The notes under the pieces: model-generated
Seen by the model: the letters and a program-made list of their open reading frames with translations, nothing else
Told to the model about the DNA's origin: nothing
The model's database searches: none
Shown here: positions 31,815 through 40,680 of the stretch, piece after piece
Layout of the letters: each line of letters starts with the position of its first letter
How positions within the stretch are numbered: the first letter of the stretch is position 1
Position numbers and translations under genes: made by a program
Source of the DNA: an uncultured delta proteobacterium
GTDB lineage: Bacteria; Desulfobacterota; Binatia; UBA9968
Assembly (NCBI GenBank): GCA_963816145.1
Contig: CAWFJP010000004.1
Coordinates: 128,001 to 192,000 of the forward strand
Direction of reading: 5' to 3'
Length of the DNA: 64,000 nucleotides

Positions 31815-33872
31815 TCACACCGCGTGCAAAAATTGCCGATGGCTTTCGATCAAATCGGCAAACTGAGTTAGCTCTTCCTTTGCCACACCCGGCGGAAATT
31901 TTGCCGCGCTGCGGCGCCAGCGCGCCAGCCACTTTTGGTCGAGCAGCGGCGGTGCTAGCGGATGCCGGGCAGCACTCTCATCTCGGTTGAACGCGATCGT
32001 GGTCTCGGTCTTCGGGCCGGTGCCGACGCCTCGGGCGACAAAGAAGCCGGCGCTGAGCAAGGCGACGCGCACGGCGGTGGATGCCGAATAAGTGTAGAGT
32101 TCGGCGGGCTTGGCCAAGCATCGGCGAAAGATTCGCGCAAAAATGTCACTGGTCCAAAGTGCCGCGTCGGTTTTGTACGAGAATGGATCATAAAAAATCA
32201 GGTCGGGGAGCGCTGCCGCTTCGATGCAGTCGCGAAAGTCTCCTTTCAGAAGTTGCCATTGCAGCTGTTCCGAGAGGTGTCGCCAGCTGCCGTGGGAGAG
32301 AATTTTGGACGGCGCGCTGTGGTGCAGGTGCGGGAAGCAGGCGGAATGTTTGGCGGCCAGGATGAGCGGATCGAGATCATGCTCGAAACTAATCAGCCGC
32401 AGAGGTCGCAGCCTCGTGTCGTGGCTCTCGGCGAAGCATCGCTCGAAGCAGTAGAGCGCTGCCATGGCATTGGTGGCGGCGCCGAGGCCGACATCCCAGA
32501 TCACCAACTCGACCGCGTTGTTGCCGGCTTCGATTAAGCGCGCGGCGAGGGCTGACTGCTCGATGTAAAGTTTGTTGGCTTCCTCGCTCGGTGCGCTCAC
32601 CGAATGCATGATTTCACCGGAGCTGATTTGGCGAATGCTGTAGAACCCCTGCACCGAGCGGTGCAGTTCGTAATCGCCCAGGCGGGACGGCTGGGTTGTT
32701 TTGTTTTTCTTGGGCGGACGAGTCGGATTTTCTTCATCGGCGCGTTTCAGTTCACCGCGCATTTGTTGGTAATAGGAGGCGAAGTCGCCGTCCAGGATTT
32801 GCATGCGCATTTCCCGCATCAGGCGATGGTAAAACGCCAGGTTGTGTATGCCTAAGAGGTGCCAGCCGAGCACCTCATCCGATTTGATCAAATGGTGCAT
32901 GTAGGCGCGCGAGTACTCTCGGCAGCATCGGCAATCGCAGCGAGCGTCTACCGGCTCTTCGACAAATTTATGCACGGTGCGGTGCAACTGTAGTCTGCCG
33001 TGGGAAGTAAAGGCGATGCCGCGTTGCGCCAGTTGCGTCGGGATTATGCAATCGAACATATCGACGCCGCGATGCACCGATTCGAGCAGATCGATGGGCG
33101 TGCCGACGCCCATCAGATAACGCGGCAGGTTGGCGGGCAGGTGCTCGGTGACCCATTCGGTGAGGTCGTAACGCTCGGCGTGGGTTTCACCGACTGCTAA
33201 GCCGCCGATGGCCAAGCCGTTGAAGGGCAGTAGGCGTAAAAACTCTGCGCTGGCTTTGCGCAAATCGTGCTGACAACCACCCTGGACGATACCGAACAGC
33301 GCCGCCGGCGCATCGCCATGAGCGCTGAGCGCGCGCACGGCCCAACGGTGCGTAAGTTCCATGGCCGCCTGGGCTTGGGCGTGAGCGGCGGTGGCAGGGA
33401 TGCATTGATCGAGCACCATCATGATATCGCTGCCGATGGTTTGCTGCATGGCGATGCTCGACTCGGGGGATAGGAGAAATGTTTTACCGTCGATGTAGCT
33501 TTTGAAGCTTGCTCCGGCTTCATTCATTTCTCTTGAATGGCGCAGCGAGAATATTTGAAATCCGCCTGAGTCGGTGAGAATCGGGCCCTCCCAGTTCATG
33601 AAACGATGAATGCCGCCAAATTTTTTGAAGACCTCGGCGCCCGGGCGCAGCAGCAAGTGATAGGTATTGGCGAGGAGCAGCCGCGCGCCGGTTTCTTTGA
33701 GGCTTTCCACCGTTTGCGCTTTGACCGTCGCTTGAGTGCCCACCGGCATGAAGATCGGCGTTTGGACCGCACCATGGAGTGTCTGAAAAGTTGCAGCGCG
33801 TGCTCGTGATCCGGGCGACTCGGCATCCAAGGTGAACGGCAATCGGTTATTACCGCGCGGTGAAATTGCCAT
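31815..33872 (-). CDS. tgt: tRNA-guanine(34) transglycosylase fused to an MnmC/MnmD-like SAM-dependent methyltransferase
   Basis: TGT: TPIFMPVGT, LANTYHL, TDSGGFQIFSL, GGLAVGE, RYLMGVG, DMFDC, CDCRCC...HN zinc site; C-terminal ~280 aa: GEIMHS, WDVGLGAATN, LISFEHD, GDF, YDPFS...LW, TYSASTAVR...AGF. Confidence 0.92.
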   Translation of the reverse strand: MAISPRGNNRLPFTLDAESPGSRARAATFQTLHGAVQTPIFMPVGTQATVKAQTVESLKETGARLLLANTYHLLLRPGAEVFKKFGGIHRFMNWEGPILTDSGGFQIFSLRHSREMNEAGASFKSYIDGKTFLLSPESSIAMQQTIGSDIMMVLDQCIPATAAHAQAQAAMELTHRWAVRALSAHGDAPAALFGIVQGGCQHDLRKASAEFLRLLPFNGLAIGGLAVGETHAERYDLTEWVTEHLPANLPRYLMGVGTPIDLLESVHRGVDMFDCIIPTQLAQRGIAFTSHGRLQLHRTVHKFVEEPVDARCDCRCCREYSRAYMHHLIKSDEVLGWHLLGIHNLAFYHRLMREMRMQILDGDFASYYQQMRGELKRADEENPTRPPKKNKTTQPSRLGDYELHRSVQGFYSIRQISSGEIMHSVSAPSEEANKLYIEQSALAARLIEAGNNAVELVIWDVGLGAATNAMAALYCFERCFAESHDTRLRPLRLISFEHDLDPLILAAKHSACFPHLHHSAPSKILSHGSWRHLSEQLQWQLLKGDFRDCIEAAALPDLIFYDPFSYKTDAALWTSDIFARIFRRCLAKPAELYTYSASTAVRVALLSAGFFVARGVGTGPKTETTIAFNRDESAARHPLAPPLLDQKWLARWRRSAAKFPPGVAKEELTQFADLIESHRQFLHAV

Positions 33873-33875
33873 GAC

Positions 33876-34001
33876 TCGGATTATCTCTCGCAAAGGCGCT
33901 AAGGCGTCAAGTTCGAAAAGGATGGATAATAAATATTTTGACTGGTTTTAATCTTCTTCTCCGGACTTAGCGTCCTTGCGCCTTTGCAAGAAAAAATCCG
34001 A
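33876..34001. repeat. About 125-bp element with ~40-bp imperfect terminal inverted repeats (MITE-like)
   Basis: TCGGATTATCTCTCGCAAAGGCGCTAAGGCGTCAAGTTCG (33876-33915) is near-complementary to CGGACTTAGCGTCCTTGCGCCTTTGCAAGAAAAAATCCGA (33962-34001), with an AT-rich core. Confidence 0.65.
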
Positions 34002-34120
34002 ATCCGATTTATGTTCGAATTCCATCGTATCACCGGTTGGCGCATTAGCGCGAGGGCGACCTTGTGTCAACCGTACCGCCTAGGGTATAAATTTTATTCA
34101 AATCTAGGAGAAGTTTTGCA

Positions 34121-35371
34121 ATGGCAAACGCGGAAATCGTTGCGATCGGTTCTGAATTACTGCTCGGTCAAATCGTCGATACCAACTCGGCGTGGATGGC
34201 GCAGCGGCTCACGGCGCTGGGCGTGAACCTCTATTTCAAATCGGTGGTGGGCGACAATCCGGCACGGATGAAAGAGGTCATCGGGCGCGCCGTGGAACGC
34301 GCTGATATCGTTATCACCAGCGGCGGCATCGGTCCGACCCAGGACGATCTGACCCGCGAGATCGTCGCCGAGGTGACCGGACGTAAATTGATCCAGGACG
34401 CCGGCATGCTCGAACAGGTCGAAGAACACTTTCGCAGGCGCGGCCGGCCCATGACGCCCAATAACTTGCGCCAGTCGTATCTGCCCGAGGGAGCGATCCC
34501 GGTGAAAAATCCCAACGGCACGGCGCCGTCATTTGTCGTTGAAGATCCACGGGCGGTGGTTTTCTCTCTACCGGGCGTGCCAGTGGAGATGAAGTGGCTT
34601 TTCGAAAACGAAGTCGAACCTTATCTCCGAAAGAAGTTCAATCTCGCCGAGGTGATTCACTACCGCGTGCTCAAGATCGTCGGCATCGGCGAAAGCGCGG
34701 TGGACGACAAGGTCGGCCATCTGATTGCCAATTCGAGCAATCCGACGGTCGGGGTGCTCGCCTTGCCCGGACAAGTCGACGTGCGCATCGCCGCCAAGGC
34801 GGGCGATCGCGCTGAAGCGATGAAGATGATTGCGCCGGTGGAAGCCGAGGTGCGCCAATTGCTCGGCAACGCGATCTTCGCCGCCGACGAAGAAACCATG
34901 GAGTTTGTCACCGGCAAATTGTTGCGCGACAAAAATCAAACCGTGGCGGCCTGCGAAGACCTGACCTGCGGCCAGTTGGCGGAGCGCTTGCAGACCGCCG
35001 GCAGTGAAAACTTCGGCGCCGGCTTTATCTGCAATAATGAAAACGCGCTGCGCTCACTGCTGAAAAACGCCCGCAGCGGCATCGATCTGGATGCCACTCT
35101 GAAAGATCCAAGCGCGCTTACCGACGAGATGGCCTGGGCGGCGCGCCAGCAGTCGGGCTGCGATTTCGGTTTGGCGCTTCACGCCATCGCCGATCCTGAC
35201 AGCAAGATTCAAAACCTCGCGCGCGGCCAAACCTACGTTTCGCTCACCGACGGCAAGAGATTTCTGCGCCGTGAAAGCACTAGCGCCGGCCGCGGCGCCT
35301 ACGACCGCTCGCGTATGACACTCAATGCCATTGATTTACTCCGGACCGCGCTGTTGGAAGGGATGAGCTGA
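34121..35371 (+). CDS. cinA: CinA-family protein (MocF-like domain plus degenerate PncC domain)
   Basis: AEIVAIGSELLLGQIVDTNS, VVGDN, SGGIGPTQDDLT, NPNGTAP, LPGVPVEM. Confidence 0.9.
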   Translation: MANAEIVAIGSELLLGQIVDTNSAWMAQRLTALGVNLYFKSVVGDNPARMKEVIGRAVERADIVITSGGIGPTQDDLTREIVAEVTGRKLIQDAGMLEQVEEHFRRRGRPMTPNNLRQSYLPEGAIPVKNPNGTAPSFVVEDPRAVVFSLPGVPVEMKWLFENEVEPYLRKKFNLAEVIHYRVLKIVGIGESAVDDKVGHLIANSSNPTVGVLALPGQVDVRIAAKAGDRAEAMKMIAPVEAEVRQLLGNAIFAADEETMEFVTGKLLRDKNQTVAACEDLTCGQLAERLQTAGSENFGAGFICNNENALRSLLKNARSGIDLDATLKDPSALTDEMAWAARQQSGCDFGLALHAIADPDSKIQNLARGQTYVSLTDGKRFLRRESTSAGRGAYDRSRMTLNAIDLLRTALLEGMS

Positions 35372-35391
35372 AAGTTGCTTTGAGTTTCGGG

Positions 35392-37197
35392 TTACGAGTG
35401 TCGAGTCATGACTTTGGGCAAGAGTCTCTGCAGTTGGCCGAGCGGTTCTTCCAAGCTGCGAATCGCTTCGGTCCAGAAATCCGCTTCCTCGATATTTCGA
35501 CCGACGGTTTGGCGCACGACATTCTCCGCGCTCTCGCCGCCGGCGCGGCGGAGAAATTCTTCATACTTCGGGAGAAATGCATTGCCTTCGGCTTTGAACA
35601 TGGCGTAGAGGCCGCGGCTGAGCAGATAGCCGAAGGTGTAGGGAAAATTATAAAAGGTAATGCCGGTGATGTAGAAGTGCAGCTTGGAAGCCCAGAAGTA
35701 GGGATCTTCCCCGCCGGGCTCGAGTACCTCGCCGATGATCCGACGCTGGGTTGCCACCATCAATTCTTTCAAACGCGACACGCTGAGCGGACCATTGGCC
35801 CGCTCTTCGTAAAAGGACTTCTCGAATTCATAGCGTACCGGGATGTCCAACAAGTAGACCGCCCCATGGCCGACTTCGATGTCGAGGATGCGCGCTTTTT
35901 CACTGTCGCCGGCCGTATGATCGTCGAGAATGCCATTCATCAAGACATTTTCGCCAAAAGTCGACGCCGTTTCGGCCAGTGTCATTGGATATCCACGTGC
36001 GTAAGGGCGGACATCGCGCATCATGGCGCCGTGGTAGGCGTGACCGGATTCGTGCGCCAGCGTGAGCATATCGCCGAGGGATTCGTTGAAGGTCATGAAG
36101 ATGCGCGATTCCTTGCTCAGCATAGAGCTGGTGCAAAAGCCGCCGGGCCGTTTGCCCATGCGCGGCTCCCAATCGACCCATTTTTTGCCGATGATTTGGT
36201 CGTTGAAGAATTTCCCAAGCGCGGGATAGGCGCGAGAGAACGATGCCGCGACCGTCGATTGGGCTTTGTCCCAGGAAAGCTTGTTCGTATCCGGCAAGTC
36301 GAGGGGCGCGCCGAGATCGAACCAGGCGACGCTTTGGCGCGCCATGGATTGGGCTTTCAATCGAAGGATGCGCCGGGGTATCTCCAGGTTCGCCAGCAAA
36401 GCTTCAAACATGGCGTCGAGTGTCTTTCGGTTGATAGCGGCCTGGAACAGAGCGATGTCGAGAAAGTGATCGACGCCGCGGTGGCGGTTGAGCGTCAGCC
36501 GAGTGCCCGCGATGGCGTTCAAGGCAGCCGCGGCGGTGTCTTCAACGGTTTGCCAGGCGGCGTTGCCGCTGTCAAAGGCGGCTTGGCGCACATGCCGGTC
36601 GGGATGATCCATCAAAGAGCGGCGCTGCGACATGGGTAGGCGCGCGTGCCGGCCCTCGGGATAGACCATGTCGAATTCAAGTTTCGCCGAGATGGTGTCG
36701 TACAGCCTGCCCCAGCCTTGGATGCCGTCAACACCCAAGTCGGTGGCGAGGATTTCTTTTTCCGAGGTCATGGCGCGGCGCGCCTCTTCGCGCAAACGTG
36801 TCAGATAGTTCTGCGCCCCTGCTAATGTTGGTCGATTACAAAATTCCGCGAATATTTCGTCATCGCTAACTTTGAAGGCGCGCAACAGCTCGATGCGCAC
36901 TTTGGCGAGCTCGGCGCGAGTGCGGGTAAGTTCGGCCTCTTCTTTCTGAAAACTCTCGTTGCGCGCGTCCGAGGCCGCCAGGCAGCCGATGTATGAGCCG
37001 ATGTGCGACATGCGGCGTAAAAGATCTTCGTTTCGTAGCAGGATGCTTTCCCACGCTGCTACCGATTCGGAATTTAGAGACGGTAAATTGGCGGCGTTTG
37101 TTTGCAGCGCAGCGACATCGGCGCGAATGGCTTCTTTGAATTGAAGCATATCGGTGCCGTTAAATTGAAGAAAATAACTCGTCAGATCCCAGGTCAT
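35392..37197 (-). CDS. pepF: M3B oligoendopeptidase F
   Basis: MTWDL start, GKRPGGFC, LAHESGHAYH (HExxH), LAETAS, FYNFPYTFGYL. Confidence 0.92.
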   Translation of the reverse strand: MTWDLTSYFLQFNGTDMLQFKEAIRADVAALQTNAANLPSLNSESVAAWESILLRNEDLLRRMSHIGSYIGCLAASDARNESFQKEEAELTRTRAELAKVRIELLRAFKVSDDEIFAEFCNRPTLAGAQNYLTRLREEARRAMTSEKEILATDLGVDGIQGWGRLYDTISAKLEFDMVYPEGRHARLPMSQRRSLMDHPDRHVRQAAFDSGNAAWQTVEDTAAAALNAIAGTRLTLNRHRGVDHFLDIALFQAAINRKTLDAMFEALLANLEIPRRILRLKAQSMARQSVAWFDLGAPLDLPDTNKLSWDKAQSTVAASFSRAYPALGKFFNDQIIGKKWVDWEPRMGKRPGGFCTSSMLSKESRIFMTFNESLGDMLTLAHESGHAYHGAMMRDVRPYARGYPMTLAETASTFGENVLMNGILDDHTAGDSEKARILDIEVGHGAVYLLDIPVRYEFEKSFYEERANGPLSVSRLKELMVATQRRIIGEVLEPGGEDPYFWASKLHFYITGITFYNFPYTFGYLLSRGLYAMFKAEGNAFLPKYEEFLRRAGGESAENVVRQTVGRNIEEADFWTEAIRSLEEPLGQLQRLLPKVMTRHS

Positions 37198-37210
37198 CGC
37201 GCCTCCGCGC

Positions 37211-37260
37211 AGTTTTGGGTTCCGAGTTGATGCGAAACCCGAAACCGATAACTCGAAACT
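37211..37260. repeat. Degenerate heptamer (AACYCGA-type) inverted repeats; related copies at 35381-35407
   Basis: AGTTTTGGGTTCCGAGTT...AAACCCGAAACCGATAACTCGAAACT on one side of pepF, GAGTTTCGGGTTACGAGTGTCGAGT on the other. Confidence 0.45.
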
Positions 37261-37272
37261 TTAGTACACCGG

Positions 37273-38250
37273 TTAAATATCTACATTCGTGCCGACGTTC
37301 TGTTCGAGGGCCTTGCGATAGACCAGTTGCGCTGTCGCGACATCTTGAATGGCGATGCCGACGGATTTGTAGAGGGTGATCTCGCCGGGGCTGCTTCGGC
37401 CGGTTTTGCCGCCGGCGAGGACTTCGCCGATCTCGCCGTAGATGTCGGCTTCGCTGATCGACTTTTCATTGAGCGCGAGCAAGATATCACCGCACTCAGC
37501 CATGATCGCTTCGCGCGAGTCGACGACGACTTTGGCGCGTTTGAGTGTTGCGCCGTCGATCTCGCGCAGATCGGGACGGTGCGAGCCGACGGCGTTGATA
37601 TGGGCGCCGGGCTTGAGCCACTCCGGTTTGACGATCGGTTCTTTGGCGGTGGTCACCGTCACCAGCAGATCGCTGTCAGACACCGCGTCTTGCGGCGAAT
37701 TCACAACTTCGATGGGCACGCCGCACGGCTTTTCCAGTTCTTGTTTGATACGCAGCGCGCTTTTGCCGGATGGACTGTAGAGCTTGATGCGGCTGAGCTG
37801 GCGCACGCGCGTAAGCGCGAGAATATGGGCGCGCGCTTGCACGCCGGCGCCGAGAATTCCCAACACCGGCGCGTCGGGATTGGCCATTGTCCTGGTCGCC
37901 AGCGCCGAGGCGCAGGCGGTTCTGATCGCCGTGATATAACCGCCGTCCATGGCGGCGATTATCTTGCCGGTCTCGGCGCTGAATAACATGACCGTGGCGA
38001 GGATCGCCGGCAAATTCTGTTTGGGATTGTCTTGAAAATAAGTAACGACTTTCATGCCGAGGGCTTTGTCCTCGCTCAAATATCCCGGCATGCTGGTGAT
38101 CCGCCCTTGGATCTGCGGCAGTGGCACGACCAAGCGCACCGGCATCACCGCCTTGCCGGTGGAGTATTGGATATGCGCCTGTTCGAGGGCGGCGATCAGT
38201 TCGTCGAGGTCGATGAGACTCTGTACCTGCGACTCGGATAAGACCAGCAT
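37273..38250 (-). CDS. Ornithine cyclodeaminase/mu-crystallin family (imine reductase/alanine dehydrogenase-like)
   Basis: SMPG, GMKVV, ITAIRTA, GILGAGVQA, HINAVGS, YKSVGIAIQD. Confidence 0.92.
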   Translation of the reverse strand: MLVLSESQVQSLIDLDELIAALEQAHIQYSTGKAVMPVRLVVPLPQIQGRITSMPGYLSEDKALGMKVVTYFQDNPKQNLPAILATVMLFSAETGKIIAAMDGGYITAIRTACASALATRTMANPDAPVLGILGAGVQARAHILALTRVRQLSRIKLYSPSGKSALRIKQELEKPCGVPIEVVNSPQDAVSDSDLLVTVTTAKEPIVKPEWLKPGAHINAVGSHRPDLREIDGATLKRAKVVVDSREAIMAECGDILLALNEKSISEADIYGEIGEVLAGGKTGRSSPGEITLYKSVGIAIQDVATAQLVYRKALEQNVGTNVDI

Positions 38251-38359
38251 GATTCAGTTTGATAGCATAAAGTGCGCCGCGATGGGTAGGGTAGTTGACG
38301 TGTTGCGCATGACTAACTTCGAGGGCCTCGAAGCGCCTAACACCGAGAAATAACTCGGC

Positions 38360-38578
38360 CTATTTGATGTCTTTATTAGCTTCTTCGAGCGCAGCCTTTT
38401 GTTTGTCCTCGCTTTGCTTGAGCGAGTCCTTGGCGCTGTCTATCTGGTTGAACGGTTGGGTGACGACTTCTTTTACCGCCTCGCGGCCTTTCTCGACGGT
38501 AGGTTTTTTCGCGTCGCAGCCGCCGATAAGGCAGAGTGTCAGCACCGCTAGCGCTATCTTACGAGTTTTAAGTTTCAT
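38360..38578 (-). CDS. Small lipoprotein
   Basis: Basic N-terminus, hydrophobic stretch, lipobox-like IGGC; overlaps the tsaC stop (ATGA). Confidence 0.7.
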   Translation of the reverse strand: MKLKTRKIALAVLTLCLIGGCDAKKPTVEKGREAVKEVVTQPFNQIDSAKDSLKQSEDKQKAALEEANKDIK

Positions 38579-39201
38579 CTTTCGATCACTCCTTTGCCGA
38601 CTGCATCTTCCAGCGCTTCTCGGCTGATCTCGCCGGCGCGAATGATTCTCAGCTTGTCTTTTTCAATTGCGGCGACGGTGGAGCCGGTTGGTGACTGTAG
38701 CTCGCCGCCATCGATATAGATAGAGATCTTTTCAGCGAAATACTTTTTCGCTTCACCGACCGTATGCGCGCCGGGTTGGCCGGACGGATTGGCACTGGTT
38801 GCCGTCAGCGGATGTTCCAGTAACCGAACCATTTCCGTGGCAATCGGCTGGCTCGACAAGCGCACACCGATGCCGCCGCAGCGATTGACCAACGGGCGCG
38901 GAATGTCGGCGCGCGCTGGCAGCACCAGGGTTAGTGGGCCGGGCCAGAAGCGCTTTATCAATAATTCCGCGAGCGGGGATATTGCTGCGACCAGGGAGTC
39001 GAGCATCGCCCGGTCGGCGACTAAGACGGGAAACGGATTGTCGGGATCGCGGCCCTTGAGTTGAAAGACTTTTTCAACGGCGGTGAAATTCAACGCATCG
39101 GCACCTAGGCCGTAGAGAGTCTCGGTGGGGAAGACGATCACCTCGCCGCGTTTGAGGGCGGTGAGAGCTGCTGTTAAATCTGCTACTTCGTTGGTTTGCA
39201 C
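38575..39201 (-). CDS. tsaC: Threonylcarbamoyl-AMP synthase (TsaC/Sua5)
   Basis: FPTETLYGLGA, LKGR, FWPGPLTLVL, TSANPSG. Confidence 0.93.
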   Translation of the reverse strand: MQTNEVADLTAALTALKRGEVIVFPTETLYGLGADALNFTAVEKVFQLKGRDPDNPFPVLVADRAMLDSLVAAISPLAELLIKRFWPGPLTLVLPARADIPRPLVNRCGGIGVRLSSQPIATEMVRLLEHPLTATSANPSGQPGAHTVGEAKKYFAEKISIYIDGGELQSPTGSTVAAIEKDKLRIIRAGEISREALEDAVGKGVIER

Positions 39202-39233
39202 TTTTCGTCTGGGTAGCGTGACCGCTTTGGAAC

Positions 39234-39260
39234 CTGGATTCCCGCTGGCGCGGGAATGAC
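39234..39260 (-). repeat. REP-like palindrome (ATTCCC-N8-GGGAAT core)
   Basis: CTGGATTCCCGCTGGCGCGGGAATGAC; same family as the pair at 13592-13675. Confidence 0.75.
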
Positions 39261-39307
39261 GGTCGTTGGAAAAATTAGCCCTCTGCTATTTAGCGCGGCC
39301 TGATAGG

Positions 39308-40589
39308 TCAATCGCGGTCGGTCGTCAACGCCCGTCGCGCGATATCTTTGCGATAGCGCATTCCCGACCAGGAGATTTCGCCGACGGCCCGATAGACTTC
39401 TTTGACCGCCTCGGCCACTGATTTGCCGCGGGCGGTGACGCCCAAGACCCGGCCGCCGGTGGTGAGCCAGCGGTTGTTATCTTTCGCAGTGCCGGCGTGA
39501 AATACGAAGCCCTGTTGCCAACCCACGAGTTTTTCCAGTCCGTGAATTTCTTTGCCCTTGTCGTAGACGCCGGGATAACCGTTGGCGGTGAGGACGACAC
39601 AGACGGCGGGGTCTTCATGCCACTCGGCCTTTACCTGATCGAGTTTGCCGTCGATGGTTGCTTCGAGCAGCGGCAACAAATCGCTTTTGAGCCGCATCAT
39701 GATCGGCTGGCATTCGGGATCGCCGAAGCGGGCGTTGAATTCGATGACCTTCGGCCCACCCTTGGTAATCATCAAGCCGGCATAAATCAGGCCGCGATAG
39801 CGGATGCTTTGCCGCTTCAGACCGTTGAGCAGCGGCAGCAGTATTTCGCGAAGAATCCGGGCATGGACCTCGGCGGTGACGATCGGGGCGGGCGAGTAGG
39901 CGCCCATGCCGCCGGTGTTGGGCCCTTGGTCGTTGTCGAAGGCCCGCTTGTGATCCTGCGACGTAGCCAGCGGCAGCAAATGTTCGCTGTCGGTCAGCGC
40001 CATGAACGAAGCCTCTTCGCCGGCGAGAAATTCTTCGATGACGACTTTGTTGCCGGCGGCGCCGAAACTTTTGCGCACGAGAATTTCATCGATGGCGGTT
40101 TCCGCTTCGGTCAGAGTGGCGCAGATCGACACGCCCTTTGCCGGCGGCGAGGCCGTCGGCTTTGACGACGTAGGGCGATTTTTGTCGCGCCAAATATTGC
40201 TTGGCCGCTGCCGCGTCGGTGAATGTCGCAAAGGCGGCGGTTGGAATTCTGTTGGCGTGAAGGATTTCCTTAGTGAAGGCTTTGCTGCCTTCGAGTTGGG
40301 CGGCGGCTTTGTTTGGCCCGAAAATTCTCAGACCGCGCGATTCAAAAAGATCGACAATGCCGAGTGTCAGCGGCAACTCCGGGCCAACGACGGTGAGGTC
40401 GATCCGTTCTCTTTCTGCGAACTCGGCGAGACGATCCAGATGCTCTGGGTTGATCGCTACGCATTCGGCTAACTCGCCGATGGCGGCACTGCCCGGTGCG
40501 CAGAATATTTTCGTCACGCGCGGGCTTTGGCTGAGCTTCCAGACCAGCGCGTGTTCGCGGCCGCCGCTGCCGATGACGAGGAGTTTCAT
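39308..40589 (-). CDS. purD: Phosphoribosylamine-glycine ligase, split by a +1 frameshift near 40134-40136
   Basis: MKLLVIGSGGREHAL...VVKADGLAAGKG continues in another frame as VSIC...QDHKR...GPNTGGMGAYSP...EFNARFGDPE. Confidence 0.93.
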
Positions 40590-40597
40590 GGGTCGAC

Positions 40598-40673
40598 GTA
40601 GTCAGAAGTCAGAATTCAGAGAAAATTGTAGTCAGAATTGGCTCGAGTCGACATACTGGCTTCTGAATTCTGG
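40598..40673. repeat. Heptamer (AGTCAGA-type) tandem and inverted repeats between purH and purD
   Basis: TAGTCAGAAGTCAGAATTCAGA...TAGTCAGAATT...TACTGGCTTCTGAATTCTGG; CAGAATTCAGA pairs with TCTGAATTCTG. Confidence 0.6.
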
Positions 40674-40680
40674 AACCTTC

